Assembly: GCF_020745735.1 (NCBI RefSeq)
Contig: NW_026867447.1
Coordinates: forward strand, 496,001 to 560,000
Length of the DNA: 64,000 nucleotides
From: Hemiscyllium ocellatum
Lineage: Eukaryota
Reading direction: 5' to 3'
In this document: positions 60,190 through 64,000 of the stretch, piece by piece
Numbering within the stretch: the stretch's first letter is position 1
Layout of the letters: each line of letters begins with the position of its first letter
Notes under the pieces: generated by a model
Database searches by the model: none
Told to the model about the DNA's origin: nothing
The model's input: the letters and a program-made list of their open reading frames with translations, nothing else
Made by a program: the position numbers and the translations under genes

Positions 60190-61500
60190 CTTCCAAACAA
60201 TGACATCACAGCTGAGCTGATAATCCTCACCTCCATTTTTTCAGCGTTTAACTGTAAGCATTGATTCAATTCCCAAATCAAAACCTGCCCATTTCAGCCT
60301 TCAGTGTTCTATGGAAACAAATTCCACAGATTCACTACATTCTGGGAGACAAAATTCTGTTCTGCCTGACATTTGTGACCTCTAATTCAGAGAGTTTACT
60401 CACTGGCCCGAACCTCTCCCACAAGGGGAAACTACATTTCTGCATTTACACCATCAAGTTTCCTGAAAATAATAGATGTTTCAGAATGTCACCACTGAAT
60501 CTTCTATGTTCTAATGAGTATAGGCCCAAACGACTCAGTCTCTACTCTCAAGACAGTCCCTCCATCCTCAGGATCAGTCGACTAAACCTCGTGTGGATTG
60601 TCTCACAGTCCAGTGTACCTTTTCTTTGTGAGATGAGTCCCAAGAACAGTCCATCGTATTTCAGCTGTGGTAAAAATAGAGCTTCTTTTCAGTTTTAACA
60701 AACATTATAGTCATACAGATATCAGGCACAGAAACAGACCCTTCGGTCCAACTGCACTGCCCAGATATCCCAACCTGACTGAGTACCATTTGCCAAACAT
60801 TTGGCCTGTCTTTCTCTAAATGTTCCCTGTTCATACACCCATCCAGGTGCCTTTTAAATGCACCCACCTCCACCACTATCACTGGCAACTGTTTCCAGTC
60901 ACACACGTGAAAAGGTTACCCCTCAGGTTCTTTTCAAACGTTTCTCCTCTCACCTTAATCTGCTGTCCTCTAGTTTTGGACTCTCCCACTCGAGGAAAAA
61001 GGCCTTGGCTATTCACCATATCAATGCCCTGCATGATTTTATAGGGTCTTGTTCAGGCCACTCCTCAGCCTCCTTTCCTCTCACTGTAGGGAAAAGAAAA
61101 GCCCCAGCCTATTCAGCTTCACCTGAAACCTTAAGCACTCCAGTTCCAGCATCATTCTTGGAAATCTTTTCTACATCCCCTCAAGTTTCACAAAATCCTT
61201 CATAGAAATGGTCAGCCAGATTTGTCTGTAATAATTCTAAACGTGGCCTCACAAATGTTCTGTACAGCTGAGAGATGACATCTCGACTCCTACACTTAAT
61301 GTTATGACCAATGAAGGAAAGCATGCCAAACACCTTCTTCCCCACCCTGTCTACCTGCAACTCCACTTTCAAGGAATGATGCATCTGCTCCCTTTGGTTT
61401 CTTTGCTCAGCAACACTCCCCAAGGCCCAGCCATTAATTGTATAAGTCTTGCCCTGGTTTGCCTTACAAAAATGCAGCACCTCACATTTATTTAATAAAG
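60190..61500 (-). mobile_element. Two nested or adjacent CR1 3' fragments
   Basis: LHFCKANQGKTYTINGW...HHSLKVELQVDRVGKKVFGML (61181-61480) and tail remnants near 60700 and 60250. Confidence 0.8.
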
Positions 61501-62740
61501 TTTGGGTTCATGAAAGGCAGGTCATGTTTAACTGATTAATTGGAATTCTTTGAGGTCATAATGAGCGTGGTAGACAATGGGGAACTGGTGAACGTGGTGG
61601 ATCTGGATTTCCAAATGGCATTCAGCAAGGTGCTGCACAAAAGGCTGCTGCATAAGATAAAGATGCACAGTGTTACAGGCAATGCATTAGCATGGACAGA
61701 AAACTGGCTAACTAACAGAATGCAAAACATGGGGATAAATGGGTGTTTTTCTGGTTGGCAATCAGTGGCGAGTGGTGTGTCTCAGGGATGAGTGTTGGGA
61801 CTGCAATTGTTTACAATTCAGGTCGATTGCTTCGAGTTAGAGATCCAAGTGTAGTGTGTTGTAGTTCGCAGAAGGCACTTAAATGAGTGATAGAGCAAAG
61901 TGTGCAGGAGGATATAGACAGGTTAAGTGAGTGGGCAAGAGTCTGGCAGATGGAGTACAATGTTAGTAAATGTGAGGTTCTCCATTTTGGGAGGAATAAT
62001 AACAAACAGAACGCTGCTGTGCAGGGGGACTTGGCTGTTCTTGTGCATGAAACACAAAAGTATGGTTTGCAAGTACAGTAGCTAATTAGGAAGACAAATG
62101 GAATAGTGTCCTTCATTGGCAGTGGATAGAGTTTAAAATTAGGACTTTCTGCTGCAGCTGTATAGGGCGCTGGTGTGACCATGCCTGGAGTACTCTGTAC
62201 ACTTTTCATCACCTTACATGAGATGGCATTGGGGTGGGAGTTTGCTGAGGAGGTTGATTATGTTGATTCTGGAAATGAGGGGGTTGGCTTGTGAGGAGAG
62301 ATTGAGCAGACTGGGATTGTACTCATAGGAATTCAGAACAATGTGGGAGGGGGGTTGTAAAATTATAAATGGGATAGATAAGACAGAAGCAGGGAGGCTA
62401 TTTCCACTGGTGGGTGAAATTAGAACGATGGGGCATAACCTCAAAATAAGGGCAACAGATTTAGGACTGAGTTGAGGATCAACATCTTCACCCAAAGGGT
62501 TGTGAAGCTGTGGAATCCCCTGCCTAGTGAAGCAGCTGAGGCCAACCTGTTGAATGTTTTAAAGGTAAAATAGATTTTTTAACAGTAAAGGAATGGAGGG
62601 TTATAGTGAGCGGGTGGGTAAGTGGAATCTTAGTCCATTGAAAGATGATCCATGATGATATTGAAAGGCAGAGCAGACTCGTGGGGTCAGATGGCCTACT
62701 CCTGATCGTATTTCTAATGTTTGGATGTTGTTATGTTCTA
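61500..62740 (+). mobile_element. CR1 RT and 3' end
   Basis: VDLDFQMAFSKVLHKRLLHK, WQMEYNVSKCEVLHFG; tail GATGGCCTACTCCTG...TATGTTCTA. Confidence 0.9.
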
Positions 62741-62879
62741 ACAGGCCTCCAATCCAAAACGTAATGCTCTCTGACTACTAAGTAAAAACTGAAAGAGCAG
62801 TGGATGCTGTGTATCAGAAACAAAAACGGAAACTGCTGGAAATGTTCAGAAGGTCTGGAAGCATCTCTGGCGTGAAAGG

Positions 62880-64000
62880 CTCACCAGTTTATGGTTCCCT
62901 GGCTTTTCCATACAACTTTCTTCAATAATGCTGCCACATTAGTCACTCTCCAGTCTTCTGGCATCTCATCTATGATTATCGATGATACAAATATCTCAGC
63001 AAGGGGTCCACGAATCTCTTCCCTCGCTTCCCACAAAGTTCTGAGAAATACCTAATCAGCTCTCCAGGATTTATTTCCATTTTTCTACTTTAAGACCCCC
63101 AACACCTCCTCTTCTGTAAGATGAACTCATTTGATCTTTAAGGGCTGTATTCTCTTCTTAGTTATTCTTTTAACCTTAAAATAATTTTAGAATCTTTTCG
63201 GATTCTCCTTAATTCTATTTGCCATGCAATTTCATGCCCCCTTTTTTCCCTCATGATTTCCTGGTGAAGTATACTCCGACTGCCCTTACACCCTTCTCAG
63301 GATTCACTCAATCCCAGCTGTCTATATCTGATGAATGCCCCCTTCGTTTTCTGGACAGGAGTTGCAATTTCCCTCATCATTGAGCTTTTCCCATGCCTTG
63401 CCCTTCACACAAACAGAAACATACCATCACTGAACTCTCATTGTCTCATTCTTAAAGGCCTCCCACTTGTCAGTCGTCCCTTTACCTGTGAATAACCTCC
63501 CCCAACCAACTTCTCAAAGTCTTATACCATCAAAACTGGCCACACTCCAATTTGAAACTTTCATTTTTAAATCAATTCTATCCTTTCTCATCATTATTAT
63601 TAAACCAATAGAATTATGATCACTTTCCCTGAAGCGTGCCCCTACAGACACCTCAGTCACTTGTCCTGCCTTGATTCCCAACAGAAGGTCAAGTATTGCG
63701 AACTGTCCAGTAGGTCCATCCACATATTGAATAACAATGTTTTCTTGTACAGACTTAACCAATTTCTCCACATTCCAAGATCTTAACACTACCCCAAACT
63801 CTGGTTGGAAAGTTAAAATTCCCTACCATTATCCTCTTTCCTTACAGATAGCAGAATCGCTTGTAATTTTCCCACTGACTATTAGGAGGCCCATTTTACA
63901 ATCCCAGCAAGGTCATCACCTCTTTCTTATTTTTAAGTTTCATCCATATAACTTCACTGGGCAGTCTCCAAGAAATATCCTCTCTACATCCAGCTGTAAT
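62880..64000 (-). mobile_element. CR1 ORF2 endonuclease-region fragment, running off the window
   Basis: QYVDGPTGQFAILDLLLG...SDHNSI (63514-63789). Confidence 0.8.

Noticed and set aside
47400-64000. Additional V segments or a neighbouring Ig cluster
   Set aside because: No YYC/WVRQ/WGxG motifs or RSSs in the ORF track or by eye; short ORFs derive from repeats or are random.

Overview
This is eukaryotic DNA from a cartilaginous fish: it carries HE1-type SINEs, HER1/CR1 LINEs and cluster-type immunoglobulin genes, so it is probably a shark. The species cannot be fixed from sequence alone. The core is one complete IgM heavy-chain minilocus on the minus strand (46579 down to 25197): leader, VH, one D, one JH, Cmu1-Cmu4 with secretory tail, TM1 and TM2. 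All exons are open, with canonical GT-AG sites in compatible phases. The cluster has only one free D, and the VH ends in an extra GAGTGGGT before its 22-bp RSS, which suggests a partially germline-joined VD-D-J gene. About 10 kb downstream lie a 5'-truncated endogenous retrovirus (open env TM-subunit frame, PPT, 3' LTR split by a 478-N gap) and a 70-bp tandem array whose units look like repeated mini-intron/9-nt micro-exon cassettes. The rest is mostly CR1 LINE remnants, HE1 SINEs and Penelope-like fragments. Several of the latter are short, often fold-back insertions with 13-17 bp target-site duplications and minimal hammerhead ribozyme motifs. Upstream of VH are a 229-bp tandem duplication and a ~500-bp-arm inverted repeat. 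Exon, RSS, TSD and palindrome coordinates were counted by hand; LINE boundaries are approximate (tens of bp). No database search was possible, and literature comparisons are from memory.
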